A stretch of 64,000 nt of DNA from a virus (lineage: Duplodnaviria > Caudoviricetes), in the IMG/VR virus record IMGVR_UViG_3300048536_000072, positions 890 to 64,889 of that record. The stretch is one strand, 5' to 3'. The notes beneath the pieces were generated by a model. That model saw nothing but the letters and a program-made list of their open reading frames with translations, ran no database searches and had not been told where the DNA came from. The position numbers and the translations under genes are program-made. Below, piece after piece: positions 46,371 to 55,490 of the stretch. Positions within the stretch are counted from its first letter, which is position 1. Each line of letters begins with the position of its first letter.

Positions 46371-47351
46371 TTAAGCAGCGGTGGCGAACTCTACTGCTTT
46401 ATCGACAGCCTTGACTTTCCTGTTCTGGTTTGCACCATACCAAGCAGAAGTCATTCTGGAATCTGCTTCCCTACCCATGACGTGATCCGTCAAGTAAGTC
46501 ACAGAGTTGAGTGCTTGCCACCAAGAACCTCTTCCGAACTCTGCTCCTGGCTGAGTCTCTAGTAGGTCAAACGCTTTCTTTGCGTTGGTGGTCAAGTCGT
46601 TGTACTCTTTTACTACAGGCGGGTTCTTACCCTCGTATGTTCTAGGGAACACTTCGTTGTAGTATTGGATTAGGTTATCCATAGAGAACTTCTTAGAACA
46701 CAAGAACTGAGACATCTCTCTGAACTTGTCGAACTTCTCGTGTGCAAGTCCCATAGTCATCTTGACGTGGTTTGCATCGAACTCTTTTCTGTGGTTCATC
46801 TTGACACCATTGATCGCAGTACCTTTAAGAGCAAGGGCAAGAGTATTCATACATGAAACCCTAATCGGAGTAAACCTAACGTCTACTGCCTTACCGTACT
46901 CGTGTGGATTAGAGAACAACAAGTAAGAATCGACTTGGTCTCCTTTCAGTACATCGAACGACTCATTGATCTTCGCAAGAGCCCATACCATCTTACCACC
47001 TTTCAGTGATCCAGCAGTATGCATTTCCATACCACCTTCTAGACAGTACTCATTAAAGAACTCAAACGCAGTCTCATTCTGGACTGGTTCCCAGTTCCCA
47101 CCCACTTGGGTAAGTACTTTGTTGTCCGAAGACCTAACAAGTGCTTCCATCCCTGTAGGGATTTTCTCACCGTTATAATCTGCGTAGGTTGGTACTTTGT
47201 TGACAGACCAGTCTAGTCCAGCCTTGTCCATCATTTGTTGTGGTGATAGATCATTTGAAACGGATGTTCCGATCTCTCCCCAAGGTGACGATCCAGCGTA
47301 TGCCATCGTCTCTATCTGTAATACGTTATCTTGAAAACTCATCTTATGCAC
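46371..47351 (-). CDS. DUF932-family protein (phage/plasmid TIGR03299-like)
   Basis: AGLDW, VQN..AFEFF, TAGSL.GG..VW, TPIRVSCMNTL, W.ALNSVT...DH. Confidence 0.85.
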   Translation of the reverse strand: MHKMSFQDNVLQIETMAYAGSSPWGEIGTSVSNDLSPQQMMDKAGLDWSVNKVPTYADYNGEKIPTGMEALVRSSDNKVLTQVGGNWEPVQNETAFEFFNEYCLEGGMEMHTAGSLKGGKMVWALAKINESFDVLKGDQVDSYLLFSNPHEYGKAVDVRFTPIRVSCMNTLALALKGTAINGVKMNHRKEFDANHVKMTMGLAHEKFDKFREMSQFLCSKKFSMDNLIQYYNEVFPRTYEGKNPPVVKEYNDLTTNAKKAFDLLETQPGAEFGRGSWWQALNSVTYLTDHVMGREADSRMTSAWYGANQNRKVKAVDKAVEFATAA

Positions 47352-47517
47352 TCCTCAATTCAAACTGCATTTCTGCGTAATTGGCCGCTTGTTCATCGTC
47401 CATTCCCATCTCTAGCGCTTCTTCATAAAGCATCTCGAGCATTTGTTCTTTATAATTACAACTCATAATATATTTCCTCTCAAAGAACCACAGGTTCATT
47501 CCCATGATTACGAAGTA

Positions 47518-47574
47518 ATTATATCATATTTAAAACAAGTTTGTCAAGCGTTTTCTTAAAATTATTTCAAGAAA
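47518..47574 (-). promoter_or_regulatory. early promoter with upstream near-palindrome
   Basis: TTGACA-18nt-TATAAT; TTTCTTAAAAT-T-ATTTCAAGAAA at 47552-47574. Confidence 0.75.
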
Positions 47575-49382
47575 GTGTAGATATCAATGAGTTCTTCTTT
47601 ACCCTTGACTTTGATCTGACCTATATGTCTCGATGCAGTGTCGGTAAGTTGTTCCATTGTATAACTGGAGTAGATGGTTGGGTAGTCTTTGTAGTCTCCA
47701 CGGGCGGCAGTTGCTTCGAGTCTGGCTGCGAGATTGACGGCGTCTCCGATGACAGAATAGTCAAACCTTGACTCACTACCCATATTACCAACAATGCAAT
47801 CACCTGTATTGATGCCAGTACCGACATTGATGGGGGGTAAACCCTGTTCTTTATATTTTCGTCTAAGTTCATCTGTTTTCTCTTCTATTTCCTGTGCGGA
47901 TTTGACGGCCATCTCTGCATGATTCTCACAAGGTACTGGAGCGTTCCAGAACGCCATGATACAATCTCCCATGTATTTATCAATGGTTCCGTTATTATTG
48001 AGAATTATTTTCGTCATGGCATCTAGGAACTCGTTGATCAGTTCAACCAGTCCCTCTGGATCATCGTTGTTTTTGTAGTGTTCAGAGATCGGAGTGAAAC
48101 CACAGATATCCATAAATAAGAACGACATCTCCTTGCGTTCACCACCGAGTTTCAGAAGTGACGGATCCTTCTGCAACATATAGACCATGTCTGGAGATAA
48201 ATATGTACCGAATTGTTTTTTTACTTGTTCTTTCAGTTTATATGTGGTATAATACTGATTAAAACTTGACTGACCAAATACGAGGATACCAGCCAAAGAT
48301 GTCCAGACGCCATCGAGGAACAAAAACCTATCGTTCCAAACGTAGATCGACACACACAATGGGAATACGAGAAAACCTATCGAAACAATCACCCCAAGAA
48401 TTGTGGGCAACTTATAGACCGCTACAAGGATACCTAGACATATGCCGACCAGAACAAGCAACTCGACTATTACAGTCCAGTCGGGTTTCAGTATTTGAAC
48501 TCCTGAAAGAACGGTCTGAATTTGATGACCTTGAACTTCATGGGGATACACTGCACCCTTTGGGGTTGCGACTGGATTAGAATATCCTTCGGCAGTTACA
48601 CCAAGAATTGCTATCTTACCTTCGGGTATAGGTTCTAGTATAGACTGTGAAGCAAACTCGTGCCAGAACGCAACTGGCAGCTCTGAAGAGGGTTCTGTGA
48701 TTAAAGGATCCTGTTTTCCCAATCTTATCCATTCTACACCAAGAGGATTGTACTTAACGGTGTAGGATGGTTCACCTATCCAGACACGTACCGCATCTAG
48801 TCCAAGAGATGGATAAGGTGATCCGTTGATTCCTACCATGAGAGGTACTCGTCTTAGAACACCTGTAGGTTGATCGACTTCAGCGGATACTGCTCCTACT
48901 CCCATACTCATCTGTGCAAGTTCTGGAAGTGGTGTTAGTAATCCACTGTAGTCGATAAGTGAGTTTACTGGTTTACCGAAAGTAGATACATTAGCATATA
49001 TTCCTAGATCAACTGTAGTAGTTTGGCGAGTAGGTGCGGATGCTAAGATTACTGGTTTTTGGGCGATCGAGTTTGATAGTTCCTGATCCCCCACAAATCG
49101 GTCGGGTTCTGACCAGATTATTGTCGATACAAGTAGAGTATTGTTTGGTGCTGAGTTTATATATTTTGCGATGGTCTGTCTTGGCCAAGGGTATTGTCCC
49201 TCCTTTTCAATGGCTCTTTCATCAATGTTTACCAGTACAATATCATCAACAGATATGATCTCTTGACTATTTTGTAACTGATCGTAGTAACCGAATTGCA
49301 CGGTCTTCACAATATCTGTCTGCGTGATCTTTAGAAACGCAAACAGTACAATAACTGGTAAAACACTCCACCACTTGGTCAT
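47562..49382 (-). CDS. CHASE2-domain class III adenylate cyclase
   Basis: CHASE2 (IVLVNIDE, YPWPR), 3 TM helices, FMDICGFT, IDKYMGDCIMAFW, FDYSVIGDAVNLAARLE, VKGK. Confidence 0.92.
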   Translation of the reverse strand: MTKWWSVLPVIVLFAFLKITQTDIVKTVQFGYYDQLQNSQEIISVDDIVLVNIDERAIEKEGQYPWPRQTIAKYINSAPNNTLLVSTIIWSEPDRFVGDQELSNSIAQKPVILASAPTRQTTTVDLGIYANVSTFGKPVNSLIDYSGLLTPLPELAQMSMGVGAVSAEVDQPTGVLRRVPLMVGINGSPYPSLGLDAVRVWIGEPSYTVKYNPLGVEWIRLGKQDPLITEPSSELPVAFWHEFASQSILEPIPEGKIAILGVTAEGYSNPVATPKGAVYPHEVQGHQIQTVLSGVQILKPDWTVIVELLVLVGICLGILVAVYKLPTILGVIVSIGFLVFPLCVSIYVWNDRFLFLDGVWTSLAGILVFGQSSFNQYYTTYKLKEQVKKQFGTYLSPDMVYMLQKDPSLLKLGGERKEMSFLFMDICGFTPISEHYKNNDDPEGLVELINEFLDAMTKIILNNNGTIDKYMGDCIMAFWNAPVPCENHAEMAVKSAQEIEEKTDELRRKYKEQGLPPINVGTGINTGDCIVGNMGSESRFDYSVIGDAVNLAARLEATAARGDYKDYPTIYSSYTMEQLTDTASRHIGQIKVKGKEELIDIYTFLK

Positions 49383-49669
49383 TAACTAAACTTCTTTTGC
49401 AACCACTTAAATACTGCGTAGATGCTCAGTCCATAGAATGCAAGTACACTCATAGGTAGTGCAATGTAAGCCAACTCCCAAGGTGATAGAAAAAGAATCT
49501 CCCACGTAAAGTTTGCAACTGCTTCTGCATCACCCATCTCCATAGCAGACAGTTCATCACCCAGTTCTAATTCATACTCGGTAATGAAATCCGCCCACTC
49601 GTCATTGGTCATACAGACTGCGAACTCTTCGGGACAAGTCCCTTCTATATGAATGTTTATATCACTCAT
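49382..49669 (-). CDS. small membrane protein
   Basis: Acidic N-terminus with C-terminal TM; start re-called at MSDIN (ATGA overlap). Confidence 0.6.
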   Translation of the reverse strand: MSDINIHIEGTCPEEFAVCMTNDEWADFITEYELELGDELSAMEMGDAEAVANFTWEILFLSPWELAYIALPMSVLAFYGLSIYAVFKWLQKKFS

Positions 49670-50400
49670 TGTTGTGTTATTGTAACAGAACATCCACCCA
49701 CTGTCAAGCAATTTTGTTGCAATGTGTAGGATGCGGTTGAATTAAATTGTTTTAGTGTTAGGTCAGTGCCATATGTACCATCAAGGGTAATATTAGCATT
49801 GTGTGTCGATCCCGAACCTTTCTGACGAATGTACACATCGTTCTCGTCATTGTAGATTGTAAGGTCTATGTTCTTAGCACCATCGTGTTGTTGAATTGTA
49901 GTGACTTCGTTATCGTCACCAGCTAAGTGTAGATCCACCGAATGACCGTCCGAACTACCTTGATTTGTTTGTTGAATAGAGACACCGTTATTGTCTCCGT
50001 ACATAGTTAGATCAACAGTGTGACCACCACCTTCCCAGTTATCGTACCAGTAGTCGTGATTGGTATAACTCTCTGGATAATCGAATGCACATCCTTGACA
50101 GATCTTTACACCATTCCCAGTACCAGTAACCTCGTCTAATGTAATCTTGTTGTCAGAAGAAGTATCTTCGTTGTATTGGATGAATAGAAATCCGCTGTGG
50201 GTTGTCGTGTTGTATGAATCACTACTCAACATCTGTATGACGTTGTGTGAACCTACCTGTTCTATACCTAGACTAAAGTTTGTACCTGATTGTTCCAACG
50301 AAATCTCGTTGTCTGCGGAAGTTTTGAAAGAAACGAAACAAAGGAAACACACAAAGATAAGTGTTATTCCGTCCCAAAAATTACGTTCGAATTTACTCAT
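49666..50400 (-). CDS. secreted curlin-like repeat protein
   Basis: Signal peptide; repeated I-x-Q-x-G-x-x-N units (ISLEQSG, IEQVGSHN, GDNN, GDDN). Confidence 0.65.
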   Translation of the reverse strand: MSKFERNFWDGITLIFVCFLCFVSFKTSADNEISLEQSGTNFSLGIEQVGSHNVIQMLSSDSYNTTTHSGFLFIQYNEDTSSDNKITLDEVTGTGNGVKICQGCAFDYPESYTNHDYWYDNWEGGGHTVDLTMYGDNNGVSIQQTNQGSSDGHSVDLHLAGDDNEVTTIQQHDGAKNIDLTIYNDENDVYIRQKGSGSTHNANITLDGTYGTDLTLKQFNSTASYTLQQNCLTVGGCSVTITQQ

Positions 50401-50401
50401 A

Positions 50402-51541
50402 TTAATTAACCTGTCTAATAACTACTACTATGTCCTCTCCACCGTCTGCGGTTATCGTACCTCTATAACCGTCTACTTCTGTATCTAGGGTTATACTACC
50501 TCCAGATAAAAAGTTTAAGGCAATAACTCCGTTTACGTCACGATAGAAAACAATTCCATTGTCTTCCTCAAAAATATTATATTGACTGTCGTTGTTCTTA
50601 CCCCAGACAGCACCCCTTAGTCTGATTTTCCCCGAAGCCTGTCCTTCTTGGACATCTTCTAATTGTTGCATTGTTCGGACTAACTCCTCTACTTCGTCTA
50701 GTAGATCTACCAAGAAGTTCCCATCAAGGGCATCGTAGTCTAATCTAGTAAAGGTGTCTTCCCCAACATAGTCATCGAATGTCTTATCTAGTTCATCAAA
50801 CTCTAGAAAGTCAACATCCAATGCACCTAAATCTGTACCACCATCATCATCGACTTGTCCTCCCATGTGTTGTTCAACTTCCTTTGGAGGCGAAACAATA
50901 AACATGTTGTCGATCGTGTCTGGTGTTATGTCCTGTATTACTACAGTTTCAGTTGGTGGTGTATTTAAACTTGATACCACCGTAGAAGCATACGCCTGAG
51001 TGAGTGTAACTTCACCCGCCTCATTCGATACTACTATTTCTCCAGATGGATCACCATTATCATCTGGTAATAATATTACTAACGTCCTACCAAGTTCATC
51101 AATGGTAGTCGTGAAATCTGTTCCACGAACCGCAATGGTAGCGGTTGGTGTTGTTATGTCGATATTCTTCTTATCGACCATGCCTAATCGTCCAGATGCA
51201 AACCGAGCAGTTCCAAGTGCCATCTTCATGACTATCTTGGACTTACTCGGATCTGGATCATAATAGATCTTATCAATAAAGACTTTGGTGTGTTCAATGA
51301 GGCTTAACTCAGCCTCATCTTTGAACTTAATCAACATTCGCCCTTGTGCAGTCTGGGCGGTGTCGTTTAATTCAATCGGTACACCAACTTCTGACTCAAT
51401 GACATCCCTCTCTCGTAGCAGAGAACCGATTCCTTTCGATTCTACAATACCTCCAATAGTGTCTGCCGTAACAGATCCTATAGCAAATATTGCGCTAACT
51501 ATCGTTAGAAGTATCTTTCTGATTGATCTGTATTGTAGCAT
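50402..51541 (-). CDS. FecR-domain periplasmic protein
   Basis: Signal/TM; G.ARFASG, ITTPTATIAVRGTDF FecR motif. Confidence 0.85.
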   Translation of the reverse strand: MLQYRSIRKILLTIVSAIFAIGSVTADTIGGIVESKGIGSLLRERDVIESEVGVPIELNDTAQTAQGRMLIKFKDEAELSLIEHTKVFIDKIYYDPDPSKSKIVMKMALGTARFASGRLGMVDKKNIDITTPTATIAVRGTDFTTTIDELGRTLVILLPDDNGDPSGEIVVSNEAGEVTLTQAYASTVVSSLNTPPTETVVIQDITPDTIDNMFIVSPPKEVEQHMGGQVDDDGGTDLGALDVDFLEFDELDKTFDDYVGEDTFTRLDYDALDGNFLVDLLDEVEELVRTMQQLEDVQEGQASGKIRLRGAVWGKNNDSQYNIFEEDNGIVFYRDVNGVIALNFLSGGSITLDTEVDGYRGTITADGGEDIVVVIRQVN

Positions 51542-52229
51542 TGTCAGACGTTACATCTAAAGTTATGATACCTTTACAAGATGATATTCCTGTAGGACAT
51601 GTCCCACTGATCTGATTAATATCGATATCACCACCATCTCCATCATAAGTAACGGTTAGTTCTTGATAAAAACCGTCATTCTGAAGAGTGTTAACGTTAT
51701 TTGATGAACCAGTTAAATCCCAGTTCCAAGTAACATCATCGGTTTCAACGTCAACATCAAAGACATTACTTGAACCCAATACTGTAAGATCCAAATCCAG
51801 TCTTTCTGCTGATGCAACTGCACCTTGGTCAAAGTTCATAGTGTTCGAATCCCCTGTTATATCTACATCAATAGTTGTAGAGTCAGCAGAACCAGTTTGA
51901 CCTATGTTCCAATCCCATGAGTTAGCATCACCAGTAAACAACAAATTGTAGGTTGACTGGTCAGCAGTCAATGATCCAAACAATAAGTTTTCGTTACCTA
52001 GTTGATCAATATTAAATGTCAACGATGAACCAGTTATTGGTGTCGCACTTGATGATGACGAAAAGTCGTCAAGACCAATTTTGTTACCATAACCGACCTG
52101 ATCAATATAAAGAGTCAGAGTGTCACCTGACTGATCAATATTAATCTCGTTGTCGTCTGAAGCACCTGCCCAAGCAAAACTTGACATAACAAATACACTT
52201 GCAAGTATTCCTTTAAAGTACTTATTCAT
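51495..52229 (-). CDS. secreted curlin-like repeat protein
   Basis: Signal peptide; INIDQSG, IDQVGYGN, IDQLGNEN, GDSN, GSSN repeats. Confidence 0.7.
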   Translation of the reverse strand: MNKYFKGILASVFVMSSFAWAGASDDNEINIDQSGDTLTLYIDQVGYGNKIGLDDFSSSSSATPITGSSLTFNIDQLGNENLLFGSLTADQSTYNLLFTGDANSWDWNIGQTGSADSTTIDVDITGDSNTMNFDQGAVASAERLDLDLTVLGSSNVFDVDVETDDVTWNWDLTGSSNNVNTLQNDGFYQELTVTYDGDGGDIDINQISGTCPTGISSCKGIITLDVTSDNATIQINQKDTSNDS

Positions 52230-53154
52230 TTTCTTCTTTTTCTCCTATTAGATGAGCATCGTTTGTTCCATCACTCAGATGGGGATGACGATGGCCATCA
52301 CTTACTTTCCAAAGACCTCTATCGTGCCCTTGGTATATTAATTCCAGTACTCCCGCCTCAATTGCCGTTCGTACCGCATACGTCACATTCTCATTATTAC
52401 CCACTCCGTCTTCATACTCAATTAGTTGGGTTCCTTGTTCATGAAACCTGAACACGTCACCCCCACTACCATAAGACAAAACTGTCTTTTTGGTTTGGAC
52501 ATTCAATAATACCTCACCTGTCAAAACGGAGACCGCTCTGATAGAAACAGTAACAACATCTTGTCTATACTGCCTAGTAAACCCAATTCCTAATGTTCTT
52601 GCCCCTCGACCTCCTGTCTGGATATTGGTATCATAACCAATAATTCCACCTTCGATAATCATCCCAGCAAATAGTAAAGGGCCTAATCCCTGAGACTTAT
52701 CGTCAGCATACTCTTGTCGGGTACTACGCACTATCTGTCGTTCTCTAACCAGATTGTCTATACCCTGTCTTTCGACAACTCTAAACCACGTACCTTTGCC
52801 CGCAGTTTTGAGTGCATCGATTAACAACTCTGTTCCACCTTGTGATACCGCAGTACTAAAATCTGCGATACCATCTCGTGCCTTACGTTGACCAGTCTTG
52901 TCTTGAAAATCATAGACTGCTACAACAGGCATACTTTTTGCAGGCGGAACTTGTAATAACTGTACGTATGAAGGCATCCTTACTACTTCTGGACTCTCCA
53001 CACATAAGTAGTTCTTCTCCTTAAACTTATCCCATATGTAATCTTTACCAGATATACAATGGTCGTCATTAGGTAATTCTGACCACTGTGGCATCTGAGC
53101 GCAACCTGTCATAAAAATGACAGATACTAACAGTATATGCAAATTACGTACCAT
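52222..53154 (-). CDS. csgG: curli secretion channel CsgG (lipoprotein)
   Basis: Lipobox FMTGC; VYDFQDKTGQ, STAVSQG, WFRVVERQG...LVRERQI, EGGIIGYD; start re-called at MVRNL. Confidence 0.92.
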   Translation of the reverse strand: MVRNLHILLVSVIFMTGCAQMPQWSELPNDDHCISGKDYIWDKFKEKNYLCVESPEVVRMPSYVQLLQVPPAKSMPVVAVYDFQDKTGQRKARDGIADFSTAVSQGGTELLIDALKTAGKGTWFRVVERQGIDNLVRERQIVRSTRQEYADDKSQGLGPLLFAGMIIEGGIIGYDTNIQTGGRGARTLGIGFTRQYRQDVVTVSIRAVSVLTGEVLLNVQTKKTVLSYGSGGDVFRFHEQGTQLIEYEDGVGNNENVTYAVRTAIEAGVLELIYQGHDRGLWKVSDGHRHPHLSDGTNDAHLIGEKEENE

Positions 53155-53638
53155 CACCACCGTCACCACCGTCAGATCCGAAATTACCTGTACCGATTGG
53201 AATCTCAATAATAGTTTCCGTACCGTTCTCATCAACAATACGCATCTTAATGTACTCTTCTCCATTCTCGTTGGTGAGTACTTCGTAACTAACCATAGAA
53301 CCTTCCAATACGAAAGATCCAAATGTCACTGCATTGTCGTTACTAAACATGTTGTCTACTAGTTGTTTTGACAACTGTGCGTATATTCTACTCTCTAGGT
53401 TACGAATAAATTTGGCGAGGGTTGTATTCTCCGCCTCTCTTTGAGCTGCCTTCTCAGCTGCCTCCAGAGCATCCTTAATCGCCTTCTTCCTAGAATGTTC
53501 CTGATTCTCAATCGTAAGATAATGTGAACCAGTACCTATCCCACTAAAACTTGGGTTTTTAAAACCGTGTACTATATCACCCTTCGCTGTTATCGGAAGG
53601 ATCAATATAATCGTTGTCAGTAATATATTCAATTTCAT
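53144..53638 (-). CDS. csgF: curli assembly factor CsgF
   Basis: Signal peptide then HGFKNPSFSG (CsgF F-x-N-P-x-F-x-G); adjacent to csgG. Confidence 0.8.
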   Translation of the reverse strand: MKLNILLTTIILILPITAKGDIVHGFKNPSFSGIGTGSHYLTIENQEHSRKKAIKDALEAAEKAAQREAENTTLAKFIRNLESRIYAQLSKQLVDNMFSNDNAVTFGSFVLEGSMVSYEVLTNENGEEYIKMRIVDENGTETIIEIPIGTGNFGSDGGDGGDGT

Positions 53639-53882
53639 TTCGTTTATCCTGTTGTTGTATAAGCATATCCAATTTAGTCTTCAATCGTATCAGATCATTA
53701 TCTAACATTCTCACACGATCGATCAACTTTATCAAAGTCAAGTGTGAATCTTCGATAACTGGATCTACCTGATCCGTTACCCATTTCCACACGTAATAGA
53801 TGAAGTACCCTAATCCAATACTTGCGATTATGGGAAATCCGTATGTGTTAATTAAGTCAACTACATCAATATCTGGCATCAA
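53577..53882 (-). CDS. small membrane protein (paralogue of neighbour)
   Basis: GFPI + TM + coiled coil DRVRMLDNDLIR. Confidence 0.7.
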   Translation of the reverse strand: MMPDIDVVDLINTYGFPIIASIGLGYFIYYVWKWVTDQVDPVIEDSHLTLIKLIDRVRMLDNDLIRLKTKLDMLIQQQDKRNEIEYITDNDYIDPSDNSEG

Positions 53883-54157
53883 TCTTTACGTGCATCTTTC
53901 TGTCCGTCACTTCTAGACAGCCTGTCTAAATCTGGTTTCAGATTAAAGACATGGTTAATCATTGAATCGATTCTCACCAATTCGTTATTCATCGTCTTGA
54001 TTCGGTCATCGAGTCCTTTCACAAAACCACGTTGTGTTTTAATATCGGACAATGCACCGTCAAGAATAAACCTGAGTGTAAGGAATACGAAAAAACCCCC
54101 AGCGAGTGCCGAGACGATAGGAAAACCTACTTCGAGTAGGTTAAATAGTGCATCCAT
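53879..54157 (-). CDS. small membrane protein (paralogue of neighbour)
   Basis: GFPI + TM + coiled coil DRIKTMNNELVR. Confidence 0.7.
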   Translation of the reverse strand: MDALFNLLEVGFPIVSALAGGFFVFLTLRFILDGALSDIKTQRGFVKGLDDRIKTMNNELVRIDSMINHVFNLKPDLDRLSRSDGQKDARKD

Positions 54158-54189
54158 ATTTCATACCTTCAAATCAGAGATTATGTAGG

Positions 54190-54197
54190 TATTTATA
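54190..54197 (-). promoter_or_regulatory. T4-type late promoter heading the csg/cyclase operon
   Basis: TATAAATA 32 nt upstream of the ATG at 54157. Confidence 0.75.
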
Positions 54198-54205
54198 AGG
54201 ATTGT

Positions 54206-54451
54206 TTATTTTAGTTGACCAGATTCTATTAATTTTTCAAATGTGTCCCATAAACTCTGGAATTTTACCTCATAAAGTTCTTTGAGACCGAAGTATTTGT
54301 TCATTAATTCGTCTTGATACTCCGCATCACCACATCTGTCTTGAAACTTCTCGTCATCTATAAAGTACTTGGTGATCTCATCTAAGTCATCGGTGACCAT
54401 CCAACACTTCATTATCTTTTGTTCTAAATCAAACCTATCCACTTGTTCCAT
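54206..54451 (-). CDS. hypothetical phage protein
   Basis: 81 aa, DRFDLEQ...LYEVKF..LW. Confidence 0.7.
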   Translation of the reverse strand: MEQVDRFDLEQKIMKCWMVTDDLDEITKYFIDDEKFQDRCGDAEYQDELMNKYFGLKELYEVKFQSLWDTFEKLIESGQLK

Positions 54452-54668
54452 TAACTATTTCCCAATTTGTAATAGTGCTAACATCAATAGACTGCCATCG
54501 TGTATCATCAATATCATAAAACGCAAGACATGAACTGTCGTTGCGTTGTTTAATAAAAGTTGGTGTTGCTTTCAATGTTAAGTTTGCGGTGAGTTCTTCA
54601 CCAGTTCTGTAGTGTGTAAATGTGACCTTCACTACGCCATTATAAGCTGCATCTAACAGTTTATCCAT
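54435..54668 (-). CDS. SH3/WYL_2-like small protein
   Basis: VTF...GE...YDID...WQS pattern. Confidence 0.55.
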   Translation of the reverse strand: MDKLLDAAYNGVVKVTFTHYRTGEELTANLTLKATPTFIKQRNDSSCLAFYDIDDTRWQSIDVSTITNWEIVNGTSG

Positions 54669-55479
54669 CGTAACATTCCTTGAAAATGTTTTTTAATTGC
54701 TCTGCGAAAACTACCTGTGTTTTTTCGTTGGGGTGTCCATGTGGATAAAGATTTAATCCTTCTTTTGGATCAGACTGTAACACAAGACCGTGAAGTGTTT
54801 TAAATCTACCTAAACCGATACGACCTGATCTATCTAACTGCCCAAGCATATCTCCAATCATTGTTCTATACTCTTTTAATAATGGTTCTTTATCAGCCAT
54901 TATTTCACAAATCTCTCTCCACATAACATCATGGAAACACCCTTGGATGAGTTTAATATTGTGAGCTTTTGCCATCTGTTGTACTGCCAACCAATACGGT
55001 AAATTCTGCATGACATCCTTTCTGTGATCAGAATGAATATGAAAATAATCACTGGTGACCTGTTTCATGTCCGTTGGAAGATAACCTATTGTACCAATTC
55101 TATGTGGCGAATATTGAGTTACGTTGTCAAAACGTTGAATGTTGTGTTCATCTTCAACAGATGGATGAACCGCAACTGGTACTTCATCTCTTTGCCATGC
55201 TGACCATAGTACTACCATGTGAGTGACGGTTTCTGGTGTTGCTATTTTATTTTGACGAAGTCGTTTTGAGAAAGAGTAGTCTTTACCATTGAACCACTGA
55301 CATAGATCACGAAAAATCTTGTGATTACTAGCACCACAAGATCCAGCGTTTTCCCAAGGAAGATCTAAGTGTTCCGAAAGTAAATGTGTAAAGGTACTTG
55401 GCCAATGAGTAGTGGGACTGGTGTCGAAACCTTTTAGTTCATCACCCCAGACAAAACTACAACCTGTAGTCAGAAGCAT
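54661..55479 (-). CDS. SGNH-like hypothetical protein
   Basis: GCSFVWGDE, GASN, VLWS, GHPN; related to 28805-29551. Confidence 0.6.
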   Translation of the reverse strand: MLLTTGCSFVWGDELKGFDTSPTTHWPSTFTHLLSEHLDLPWENAGSCGASNHKIFRDLCQWFNGKDYSFSKRLRQNKIATPETVTHMVVLWSAWQRDEVPVAVHPSVEDEHNIQRFDNVTQYSPHRIGTIGYLPTDMKQVTSDYFHIHSDHRKDVMQNLPYWLAVQQMAKAHNIKLIQGCFHDVMWREICEIMADKEPLLKEYRTMIGDMLGQLDRSGRIGLGRFKTLHGLVLQSDPKEGLNLYPHGHPNEKTQVVFAEQLKNIFKECYDG

Positions 55480-55490
55480 TTAAAATCCTA

